Origin: Myxococcota bacterium
GTDB lineage: Bacteria > Myxococcota_A > SURF-8
Direction of reading: 5' to 3'
Assembly: GCA_963674735.2 (NCBI GenBank)
Contig: CAXXQS010000001.1
Coordinates: 2,560,001 to 2,624,000, forward strand
DNA: 64,000 nucleotides
Shown here: piece by piece, positions 9,829-17,814 of the stretch
How the letters are laid out: every line of letters starts with the position of its first letter
Position numbering within the stretch: position 1 is the stretch's first letter
Notes under the pieces: generated by a model
Database searches by the model: none
The model's input: only the letters and a program-made list of their open reading frames with translations
Told to the model about the DNA's origin: nothing
Translations under genes and position numbers: made by a program

Positions 9829-10758
9829 TTACTTGCCTCCTCCCATCAGTAGGTAAATCAGAGCCATACGAACGGCTACGCCGTTGTTGACCTGCTCCAG
9901 AATGACCGAGCGCTCCCCATCCGCCACATCAGGCGTCATTTCCACGCCACGGTTGATGGGACCGGGATGCATGATGATGGCCCCGGGTTTGGTAAGACGC
10001 ACATTCTTTGCATTGAGCCCGAAGGTCATGGCGTATTCCCGGTTCGAAGGGAACAGGTGCTTGGCCATGCGTTCTTTCTGGATTCGCAGCATCATGACGA
10101 CATCCGTATCGCGAATCGCATCTTCCAATTTCGGGTAAACCGTCACATTCGGGCCCAAGCGCTCGATAAAGCGCGGAATCATGGTGAAAGGCCCGCAAAG
10201 TCGCACCTGCGCGCCAAGCTTGCTCAAACCGATGATGTTGCTCAGTGCAACCCGGCTATGGGCGATATCGCCGACCAGGGTGACCGTCAGGCCCTCGATG
10301 GTTTTTTTGTGTTCGAGGATCGTCATCATGTCCAGAAGCGCCTGCGTGGGATGCTCGTGGAAACCATCCCCGGCATTGATGATCGGAGCATCGATATGTT
10401 GCGCCAGAAAGTGCGGCGCACCCGATTGCTTGTGCCGCATGACCACCAGATCGATGCCCATGGCTTCCAGGTTGCGAATGGAATCGAGCAGGGTCTCGCC
10501 TTTGACCACCGAGCTCCCGCTGGCACCGATGGCGTAAGTGTCGGCCGAAAGACGTTTGGCGGCCATTTCGAACGACAGCTTGGTACGGGTCGAAGGCTCC
10601 CAGAAAGCCATCACGATGGTCTTACCGCGCAAGGTCGGAACCTTTTTGACCGAGCGGGTGGAGATTTCCTTGAAGCTCTTGGCCGTATCGAGAATGAAAT
10701 GGATATCATCGGCCGAGGCGTTCTCCAGCCCGAGCATGTTCTTGTGCACAAAGGCCAT
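9829..10758 (-). CDS. pyrB: Aspartate carbamoyltransferase catalytic subunit
   Basis: EPSTRT, HEHPTQALLD, MHPGPINRG; start placed at ATG 10758. Confidence 0.96.
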   Translation of the reverse strand: MAFVHKNMLGLENASADDIHFILDTAKSFKEISTRSVKKVPTLRGKTIVMAFWEPSTRTKLSFEMAAKRLSADTYAIGASGSSVVKGETLLDSIRNLEAMGIDLVVMRHKQSGAPHFLAQHIDAPIINAGDGFHEHPTQALLDMMTILEHKKTIEGLTVTLVGDIAHSRVALSNIIGLSKLGAQVRLCGPFTMIPRFIERLGPNVTVYPKLEDAIRDTDVVMMLRIQKERMAKHLFPSNREYAMTFGLNAKNVRLTKPGAIIMHPGPINRGVEMTPDVADGERSVILEQVNNGVAVRMALIYLLMGGGK

Positions 10759-10759
10759 C

Positions 10760-11317
10760 TCAACCCTCCTCATCCGGGGTGATATCGTAAATGACGACCC
10801 GGTCGTCGTGTCCCTCTTCCTTGAGCAGCACTTCCACCCGTTCATCCTCGCTGGTGGGGATCATGCGACCCACGAAGTCGGCGTGAATCGGCAGTTCACG
10901 CAGCCCCCGATCGACCAATACCGCCAGTTGGATGACCTTGGGTCGTCCGAAGTCGATCAACGCATCCATTGCGGCGCGGATGGTACGGCCGGTGTAGATG
11001 ACATCGTCGATCAACACCACACGCTTTCCGGTGATGTCGCCTTCGATTTCGGTGGTACCCACCTCCGGCGTATCCAGCGAGAACAGATCGTCCCGGTAAA
11101 GGGTAATGTCGATGATCCCGTAGGCCGGGACTTCTCCCTCCATTTTGGTCAGGCGCTTTTTCAACCGCGCCGCCAGATGCATGCCGCCGGTACGAATCCC
11201 GACCAGCAGCAGGTTCTCGACACCCCCGTTGCGTTCCAGAATCTCGCTGGCTAGCCGGTCGATCGCCCGTCGAATCTCCTGGCTGGTCATCACCTGCAGT
11301 TTCTCTTTCAACGTCAT
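10760..11317 (-). CDS. pyrR: Pyrimidine operon regulator / UPRTase PyrR
   Basis: DITLYRDD, VLIDDVIYTGRTIRAA, VDRGLRELPI. Confidence 0.95.
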   Translation of the reverse strand: MTLKEKLQVMTSQEIRRAIDRLASEILERNGGVENLLLVGIRTGGMHLAARLKKRLTKMEGEVPAYGIIDITLYRDDLFSLDTPEVGTTEIEGDITGKRVVLIDDVIYTGRTIRAAMDALIDFGRPKVIQLAVLVDRGLRELPIHADFVGRMIPTSEDERVEVLLKEEGHDDRVVIYDITPDEEG

Positions 11318-11344
11318 CTCATGCCCTCGCTGCATCTTTTTCAC

Positions 11345-11377
11345 AAAAAAAACCTCCCCTACATCAGCAGGGGAGGC
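11345..11377 (-). terminator. Leader (attenuator) terminator upstream of pyrR
   Basis: Reverse strand GCCTCCCCTGC-TGAT-GTAGGGGAGG followed by T8, about 30 nt before the pyrR start. Confidence 0.8.
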
Positions 11378-11458
11378 TGGAATCAGATCTGATTTGCTCA
11401 TCTCGAATGGGTATCATCACATTCCCGCTCGTTGGCGTTCGCACTCGAAGCTTGCTGG

Positions 11459-11487
11459 GGTTTATCAGACACTCTTGAGCTTGTCAA
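11459..11487 (-). promoter_or_regulatory. Putative sigma70 promoter of the pyr operon
   Basis: Reverse strand TTGACA, 17-nt spacer, TAAACC (weak -10). Confidence 0.45.
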
Positions 11488-11642
11488 GCCAAAAACGCCG
11501 TTCTTACCCGGCTTTTTCGACCAAACCCACTTCGCGAACCTGCGCTTTTTTCTTGAATGCAGGCGCGGCATCTGATAATCCCTATGCCAGTAATCAAATT
11601 TTCCACATACACCGCCAATGGCGGAGTCGACAAGGAGCACCT

Positions 11643-12419
11643 ATGGACAACCCCCGACCGGTCGATCTGGAAGAATCGCTCGACGAAACCGTCCCTCGGG
11701 CTCCCATCCTGATTCTGGGTGCCGGTCAGAACGTCGGACTCTACCTTGCCAAACGCCTGATCCAAGACAACCAGCCGGTTATTCTGAGCTTTCGCAGCAA
11801 ACCCGACGATGCGGTGGGCCTGCAACTCGACTTTCCCAAGCATGTTCTAGGAGCCTTTCCCCTCGACGCCCGCACACCCAGCGCCGTCACCCGTTTTTTC
11901 GAACAGGTCAACGGCATTACCGATCGCCTCTCGGGCGTAGTGAATTGCATCGGACCTTGGTTGAAAAAGCCGTTGATGGACACCGACGACACGGCTTTTG
12001 AGGAACTGGTACAGGGAAATCTCGTTCAGGCCTTCAGTGTCGCCCGCAACGCCTTTCCTTTGATGAAGGCCAACATGAGCGGTCGCCTGATTCATTTCAC
12101 TTTCGCCGGAGTGGAAAAAATCGGAGCCTACGGCGAAATCGGGGCCTACGCCGCAGCCAAGCTCGGACTTCTCTCCCTGACTCGTTCGCTGGCGGTGGAA
12201 TGGGCTCCGCACCGGATCACCGTCAACGCAATCGCCCCGGGGGTGGTGGACACCGCCGCCGAGGAGGAACACCAACGTGTCGCCCACATCCCCAGCGGCC
12301 ATCTTGCCAGTGGCGAAGATATTTATCAGGCGGCGAAGTACCTGCTTTCGGATGCCGCCGCGCAAGTTACCGGCACCAACCTGACCGTCTCGGGCGGCTT
12401 CGGCTGGCAGTATCCGTAA
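11643..12419 (+). CDS. SDR oxidoreductase (FolM/pteridine-reductase-like)
   Basis: ILGAGQNVG, YAAAK, VNAIAPG, VTGTNLTVSGG; AAGGAG RBS before ATG 11643. Confidence 0.85.
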   Translation: MDNPRPVDLEESLDETVPRAPILILGAGQNVGLYLAKRLIQDNQPVILSFRSKPDDAVGLQLDFPKHVLGAFPLDARTPSAVTRFFEQVNGITDRLSGVVNCIGPWLKKPLMDTDDTAFEELVQGNLVQAFSVARNAFPLMKANMSGRLIHFTFAGVEKIGAYGEIGAYAAAKLGLLSLTRSLAVEWAPHRITVNAIAPGVVDTAAEEEHQRVAHIPSGHLASGEDIYQAAKYLLSDAAAQVTGTNLTVSGGFGWQYP

Positions 12420-12499
12420 AAGGTTGATCAGCGGCTGAACCCGCCTAGCCCTTTTGAGGATGGAAATCTCGAAACCGATCCGTAAAGGAGAACCTGATC

Positions 12500-13051
12500 A
12501 TGCAACGTACCGTTTCCCTGTTGATTCTCGGTGTCTTTCTATTTGGCTGCGGCAGTGGAGACGACGAAGAGGTGAACGTGCCCGGCAGTACGCTCCTTTG
12601 TCAGGAAACCTGCACCACGATCATGCGATGTGACACCGCTCTGAGCGTTACCGAAGATGAACTCCGCCAGTGCAACGCCGCCTGCGCCGATCCGAGCTTA
12701 GCGGCACCGGTCAAAGCCGACGCCATCGCCATTGCCTGTCAGCAACAGGGCGACCAATGCGATGTATTCATGACCTGCGTCGAAGAAGCCCGTCCCGACG
12801 GCGACATTTCTTATGACGACTGGTGCACGGCCTGGTGCACCCGCTGCAGCGAATGCTATGAGAATGTCACGGGTTTCGGCGAAGGAATGTGCCAGGACGG
12901 CATCGAAGCCGATTGTCTCGAAAGCTGCCAGCCGCACCTGGACAGTCCGGACGAGACCTGCCAGCGCCTGTTCGATCTGTTCAACCCTGAAACGGCCACC
13001 TGCGACGAGATCGACCACAACAACCCCTTCGATTCCAACGCGGGCTGCTAA
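12500..13051 (+). CDS. Cys-rich acidic lipoprotein
   Basis: FLFGC lipobox; repeated CxxxC motifs; AAGGAG RBS. Confidence 0.75.
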   Translation: MQRTVSLLILGVFLFGCGSGDDEEVNVPGSTLLCQETCTTIMRCDTALSVTEDELRQCNAACADPSLAAPVKADAIAIACQQQGDQCDVFMTCVEEARPDGDISYDDWCTAWCTRCSECYENVTGFGEGMCQDGIEADCLESCQPHLDSPDETCQRLFDLFNPETATCDEIDHNNPFDSNAGC

Positions 13052-13074
13052 AATCGCGTTTATGTTAAAAATGC

Positions 13075-13359
13075 CTACTCGCCTCGTCCCCAGCGTGGGC
13101 GATTGTCCCACAAAAACCGCGCCACCTGTCCGGGATTTTGTCGCGTGGAGGGCCGCAGCCAGTCGATCAGGAAAAACAGGGGCAGGAAGACCGCCATCAA
13201 TAGGTGGAATAGCGCATACCAGAAGGCAAAGGCAAGCAACGCCAAGGCCAGCGACAAACGCGCCACAGGCGCCGCCCAAGCATAACCGCGCCCGAACCTG
13301 CGACGCTCGGTCCGCTCTACAGCGCCGTCGTCCGGGCTATCCGGAACCATGATCATCAA
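13075..13359 (-). CDS. Small hypothetical membrane protein
   Basis: Start overlaps the gcvPB stop; long hydrophobic segment. Confidence 0.4.
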   Translation of the reverse strand: MMIMVPDSPDDGAVERTERRRFGRGYAWAAPVARLSLALALLAFAFWYALFHLLMAVFLPLFFLIDWLRPSTRQNPGQVARFLWDNRPRWGRGE

Positions 13360-14849
13360 GCGTCCGACTCGGGGGTCCAGCGCAACAGCGGTTTACGCGC
13401 CGCCTGCACTTCGTCGAGCCGCCTCCGGAAGGTCTTGCGCGGATAGTCGGCGAAGGCCTCCGGATTGCTTAGCGCTTCGGCATGAATGCGTCGCATGGCG
13501 GCGATGAAGGAATCGCAGCTTTCCCGGCTTTCGGTTTCAGTGGGCTCGATCATCATGGCGGCATGCACCACCAACGGGAAGTAGACCGTCGGAGCGTGGA
13601 AACCCTGTTCCAATAGACACTTGGCGACATCCATCGTGGTAACGCCCGCTTCCTTGAGAAGCTTGTCGGTGAACACCACCTCGTGCAAGGTATCGGTGGC
13701 ATAAGGCAGGTGGTAGCTGTCTTTCAGCGAGTGGCGGACGTAGTTGGCATTAAGCACCGCATATTGGGCGGCGCGCCGGATGTTGTCGGGTCCGAGTTCG
13801 CGAATATAGGTATACGCGCGTACCATCACGCCGAAATTACCGAAAAAGCCCTTCACTTTGCCGATGCTTTGCGCCCGGTCATGCTCGAAAGCATACACGC
13901 CATCCTGCTCGACGATGCGAGGAATCGGCAGATAGGATTCGAGAATCGCCTTGACGCCCACCGGCCCGCTGCCCGGTCCGCCGCCGCCATGCGGCGTGGA
14001 GAAGGTCTTGTGCAGGTTGTACTGGATCACGTCGAAGCCCATATCACCGGGACGCGCCACGCCCATCAAAGCGTTCATGTTCGCGCCGTCGCAATACATC
14101 AAGCCGCCTTTAGCGTGCACGATCCGGGCGATCTCCTCGATATGCCGTTCGAAAATCCCCAGCGTGTTGGGGTTGGTCATCATCAACGCGGCCACCTGGT
14201 CGTCCATAACCTTTTCGACGTCTTCCGGCAGGAGGTAACCGTCGGGACCGGAGGCCACCTGCACCACATCGAAACCGCACAACGCCGAGGAAGCCGGGTT
14301 GGTGCCGTGGGCCGAATCGGGGACCAGAATCTTCGTGCGCTTGCCACCGTGGTCGGCGTGGTACGCCCGAATCAGCATGAGGCCGGTCAGTTCCCCGTGC
14401 GCCCCCGCCGAGGGCTGCAAGGTGGTGGCGTCCATACCGGCGATTTCACTGAGATAATCCTCCAGCTTGGACATCAGTTCCAAACAGCCTTGCACCATGT
14501 CGTCCGGGTAGACCGGATTGGATTGGGCGAAACCGGCCAAGCGCGACGTATCTTCATTGATTTTCGGATTGTATTTCATCGTGCAGGAACCGAGCGGATA
14601 AAAGCCGGTGTCCACACCGTAGTTCCATTGCGATAGACGCACGAAATGGCGCATGACATCCACTTCCGACACTTCCGGGAACCCCACGATCTGATCGCGA
14701 ACGAGATCCGCTCCCCACAAAGCCGCTGCATCCACAGGCGGAACGTCCGTTTCGGGCAAGCTGAAACCTTCGCGACCGGCGCTGCCGACCTCGAAGATCA
14801 GGGCTTCTTCCATCACGAGTCCGGTGGTTCCGGGTGCTTTATATTCCAT
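13356..14849 (-). CDS. gcvPB: Glycine dehydrogenase subunit 2
   Basis: YPLGSCTMKYNP, NLHKTFSTPHGGGGPG, MIEPTETES. Confidence 0.96.
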   Translation of the reverse strand: MEYKAPGTTGLVMEEALIFEVGSAGREGFSLPETDVPPVDAAALWGADLVRDQIVGFPEVSEVDVMRHFVRLSQWNYGVDTGFYPLGSCTMKYNPKINEDTSRLAGFAQSNPVYPDDMVQGCLELMSKLEDYLSEIAGMDATTLQPSAGAHGELTGLMLIRAYHADHGGKRTKILVPDSAHGTNPASSALCGFDVVQVASGPDGYLLPEDVEKVMDDQVAALMMTNPNTLGIFERHIEEIARIVHAKGGLMYCDGANMNALMGVARPGDMGFDVIQYNLHKTFSTPHGGGGPGSGPVGVKAILESYLPIPRIVEQDGVYAFEHDRAQSIGKVKGFFGNFGVMVRAYTYIRELGPDNIRRAAQYAVLNANYVRHSLKDSYHLPYATDTLHEVVFTDKLLKEAGVTTMDVAKCLLEQGFHAPTVYFPLVVHAAMMIEPTETESRESCDSFIAAMRRIHAEALSNPEAFADYPRKTFRRRLDEVQAARKPLLRWTPESDA

Positions 14850-14864
14850 GCCGTTCTCCCTTGC

Positions 14865-16211
14865 CTAAAGCGAGGCCAGCGCGTCGACCAGGGTGTCGAT
14901 CTGCGGCTTGGAGTGAATTTCGGTGACGTTGAACAATAAGTGCGAATCGAGTTCGGGATAGTCGTTTTTCAGGTCCACTCCGGCCAGGATGTTCTCGCCG
15001 TAGAGGTCGCAACGCACATCGGCCGCCGTCTTGCGCTCGCAGCGCAGCACAAATTCGTTGAAGGTCGGTGATGCAAAGGCCAACGAGTAGCCATCGAGTC
15101 CGGCCAGACGCCCCTTGAGGTACTCGGCTTTCGCCAGGTTCAGTTCGGCCAGCTTGCGCAAACCGTTTTTGCCCATCAACGACAGCAGCACCGTGGCCGC
15201 CAAGGCGCATAAACCCTGGTTGGTGCAGATGTTGCTCGTCGCTTTCTCACGGCGAATATGCTGTTCGCGCGTGCTGAGGGTCAACACGAATCCGCGCCGT
15301 CCCTCGGCATCGACAGTCTGTCCGCAAACGCGACCGGGCATCTGACGGATAAACTTGTTGCGCGTCGAAAAGATCCCCAGCGATGGTCCGCCGAAGTTCA
15401 TCGCGCCGAGGAAACTCTGCCCTTCGCCCGCGATAATGTCGGCTTCGGCACGACCCGGTCCGGGCGTGATGCCAAACGCCACCGGTTCGGAGAACGTGAC
15501 GACCAGCAGCGCACCGGCGGCGTGCACCGCCTCGGCCAAGGCCGGTAGATCTTCCAGGATACCGAAATAATTCGGATGCCCGACGACCAGACAGGCGACA
15601 TCGTCGCCCAAGGCCGCGTCCAGCGCGGCACGGTCGAGACGGCCTTGTTCATCGAAAGGCAGCTCGACCAGATCGTCGATATTGTTGACCATATACGTCT
15701 CGGTTACGCGCCGGAACTCCGGGTGGACGCTGCGCGCCATCAAAACCTTGGATCGCTTGCGACCCAGACGCCGCGCCATTAAAACCGCTTCGGCACAACC
15801 GGTCGCGCCATCGTACATGCTGGCATTGGTCACCTCGGCTTCAAGTAACAGCGAGATCAAAGTCTGATACTCGAAAATAGCCTGCAATGTACCCTGGCTG
15901 ACTTCGGGTTGGTAGGGCGTATACGCGGTATAGAATTCAGAGCGGCGCAGGATATGATCCACCACAACCGGCGCGTAGTGGTCGTACATGCCCGCTCCCA
16001 CAAAGCTTGTGAAGCCCTGCACTTTATTGGCATCCGCCAAACGTCGCAGTTCGGCCAGCAGATCCCGCTCCGCCAACGGGGGAGGCAGATTCAACGGACG
16101 CTTGAGCTGCAGATTTTCGGGAATGCAGGTGAACAGATCTTCCACACGCTCAACGCCTATCACGTTCAGCATGGCGCGCACATCTTGATCCGTGTGCGGT
16201 AAATACCTCAT
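14865..16211 (-). CDS. gcvPA: Glycine dehydrogenase subunit 1
   Basis: MRYLPHT start, YTPYQPEVSQG, REQHIRREKATSNICTNQ. Confidence 0.96.
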   Translation of the reverse strand: MRYLPHTDQDVRAMLNVIGVERVEDLFTCIPENLQLKRPLNLPPPLAERDLLAELRRLADANKVQGFTSFVGAGMYDHYAPVVVDHILRRSEFYTAYTPYQPEVSQGTLQAIFEYQTLISLLLEAEVTNASMYDGATGCAEAVLMARRLGRKRSKVLMARSVHPEFRRVTETYMVNNIDDLVELPFDEQGRLDRAALDAALGDDVACLVVGHPNYFGILEDLPALAEAVHAAGALLVVTFSEPVAFGITPGPGRAEADIIAGEGQSFLGAMNFGGPSLGIFSTRNKFIRQMPGRVCGQTVDAEGRRGFVLTLSTREQHIRREKATSNICTNQGLCALAATVLLSLMGKNGLRKLAELNLAKAEYLKGRLAGLDGYSLAFASPTFNEFVLRCERKTAADVRCDLYGENILAGVDLKNDYPELDSHLLFNVTEIHSKPQIDTLVDALASL

Positions 16212-16236
16212 GTCCGACCCCTTGCGTTCCGGGTGC

Positions 16237-16623
16237 TTACTCGGATTCCGCGATGAATTTTTCGTAGGCTTCCGCCGACAGCAGGCTCTCCAGCTCGGCC
16301 TCGTCGGAGATTTCCATCTTGACCAGCCAGGCATTCTCGTAAGGGTCGGCATTGATCGCGCCGGGATCGTCCACCAGCGGCTCGTTGACTTCCGCCACGC
16401 GGCCGGAAACCGGAATGAAGAGATCGGAGACGGCCTTGGTGGATTCGACCACGCCGAAGGTGTCGCCCTTGTCGAGCTGGGTGTCCACATCGGGCAGTTC
16501 GACGAAAACGATGTCGCCCAACTGTTCGGCGGCATGCGCCGTAATACCGACGGTCACCAATTGGCCTTCCACACGGGCCCACTCATGATCTTCAGTATAG
16601 AGGAGTTCCTTCGGAATGCTCAT
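16237..16623 (-). CDS. gcvH: Glycine cleavage system H protein
   Basis: HEW, LGDIVFVELP, VESTKAVSD (lipoyl-Lys), INADPY. Confidence 0.96.
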   Translation of the reverse strand: MSIPKELLYTEDHEWARVEGQLVTVGITAHAAEQLGDIVFVELPDVDTQLDKGDTFGVVESTKAVSDLFIPVSGRVAEVNEPLVDDPGAINADPYENAWLVKMEISDEAELESLLSAEAYEKFIAESE

Positions 16624-16689
16624 TTAATGCTCCTTTGGCCTGAGAGTCCAATCACTCGGCCCGCCCGCTCGTCGGGCGAGTTCGAGGCG

Positions 16690-16717
16690 ATGATAACGCA
16701 AGCATCGGATGGGTCAA
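16690..16717 (-). promoter_or_regulatory. Putative sigma70 promoter of gcvH
   Basis: Reverse strand TTGACC-16 nt-TATCAT. Confidence 0.5.
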
Positions 16718-16769
16718 GAGAAAACACGGGAATTTCAGCCCGACCATTTGCTTTTTCATGCACCCACAC

Positions 16770-16795
16770 AAAAAAACCGGCCTGTGAGGGCCGGT
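16770..16795 (-). terminator. Intrinsic terminator
   Basis: Reverse strand ACCGGCC-CTCACA-GGCCGG followed by a T run, downstream of the 16820 gene. Confidence 0.8.
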
Positions 16796-16819
16796 CGGAA
16801 AGTCGTCGGGCATCTTCGA

Positions 16820-17602
16820 TCATTCGGCTTCGGCGGCGTCGGCCTTTTCAGCGGCGGTTTCGGCCTCTTGCTTCATTTGACCGGCCTGCTCATCGATCGC
16901 GGCTTCATCGACGGCGGGGGGAGCCGTATCGGGCGCGGGGGCATCGGCTGCCGGGGGCGCATCCGCTGCGGGAGCGCTCGGAGCGGTCTTGGCTTCAGCC
17001 ATTTCACCTTCGGCCGACCGCCAGGTGTCCACCTGACCATCGCCGTCCACATCCATCCCGATGCGGTCGAGGGAGCCGTTTTCATAGTACTCCCAGTAAT
17101 CGATACGCCCATCGTTGTTTCGATCGCGTTCCTTCCGTACAAGCTGCCCTTTGAGATAATATTTGAACATATCCGGCTTCTCGTCGAAAGCGAAGTCGAT
17201 GGATTTCTTAATGATTTGCCCTTTGGCATAGTGATCGATCAGGTCGATTCGGCCATCGAAATCGAGATCGTACGACTCGGTGTCCAGTTCCTCATCCGCG
17301 TTGTAATTGGAAACCACATCGATGCGGCCATCTCCATTCAAGTCGAGTTCACGCTTCACCAGCACCAACTCGGTCTGGCCGCTTTCCTCGTTTTTCTCAA
17401 AACGATAGTATTTGAAAACATCCGGTTCCTGGTCCATGTTCAGATCGAATTCCTTCACCTTCAGGCCCATGGCCTCGGCGTCGGCACTCCTCATCGTGGA
17501 CATATCCGAATCGACAGCCGTCTTCTGCTGCTCAGCGCAAGCTCCCAAACAAACCAACAGCGCCGCAACGATCCCGATGGGGACGATGGTCCTCATTGTC
17601 AT
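16820..17602 (-). CDS. Lipoprotein with Dx[DN]xDG-type repeats and an Ala/Pro-rich tail
   Basis: LGAC lipobox; DLNGDGRID, DLDFDGRID, DRNNDGRID, DVDGDGQVD repeats. Confidence 0.8.
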   Translation of the reverse strand: MTMRTIVPIGIVAALLVCLGACAEQQKTAVDSDMSTMRSADAEAMGLKVKEFDLNMDQEPDVFKYYRFEKNEESGQTELVLVKRELDLNGDGRIDVVSNYNADEELDTESYDLDFDGRIDLIDHYAKGQIIKKSIDFAFDEKPDMFKYYLKGQLVRKERDRNNDGRIDYWEYYENGSLDRIGMDVDGDGQVDTWRSAEGEMAEAKTAPSAPAADAPPAADAPAPDTAPPAVDEAAIDEQAGQMKQEAETAAEKADAAEAE

Positions 17603-17665
17603 GCCACCCTCTCCTTATTTTGGTAGAAGGGCCGGTCGCGCCGTGCCCTGTTCTTCGTGGCCGAT

Positions 17666-17694
17666 AGTATACTGCATCACTAAGGGTTTGACAA
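17666..17694 (-). promoter_or_regulatory. Putative sigma70 promoter
   Basis: Reverse strand TTGTCA-17 nt-TATACT upstream of the 17602 start. Confidence 0.55.
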
Positions 17695-17814
17695 TACTTT
17701 GAAAGTGTAAAAGCATTGCCCCTTTGGGGACAGATTTGCTATGATAAGTGGAAATTGGATGGATTAGCCGATCGGAACACAACTCGCCACCTGCTGCGAT
17801 GATTTGAGGATACG

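Noticed and set aside
11145-11642. Long N-terminal extension of the SDR
   Set aside because: It overlaps pyrR and its leader on the other strand; a good RBS precedes ATG 11643
13043-13070. dif-like site (TTATGTTAAAA resembles the XerD arm)
   Set aside because: The XerC arm matches only about 5/11 and overlaps a stop codon
14865-16535. gcvH-gcvPA fusion or N-terminally extended gcvPA
   Set aside because: The extension is an alternative frame over gcvH; the conserved MRYLPHT start is at 16211
16626-16690. Glycine riboswitch upstream of gcvH (reverse strand CTCTCAGGCCAAAGGA resembles the aptamer 3' motif)
   Set aside because: The GGAGA and CCGAAG core motifs are missing, the leader is too short after the predicted promoter, and AAGGAG is explained as the RBS
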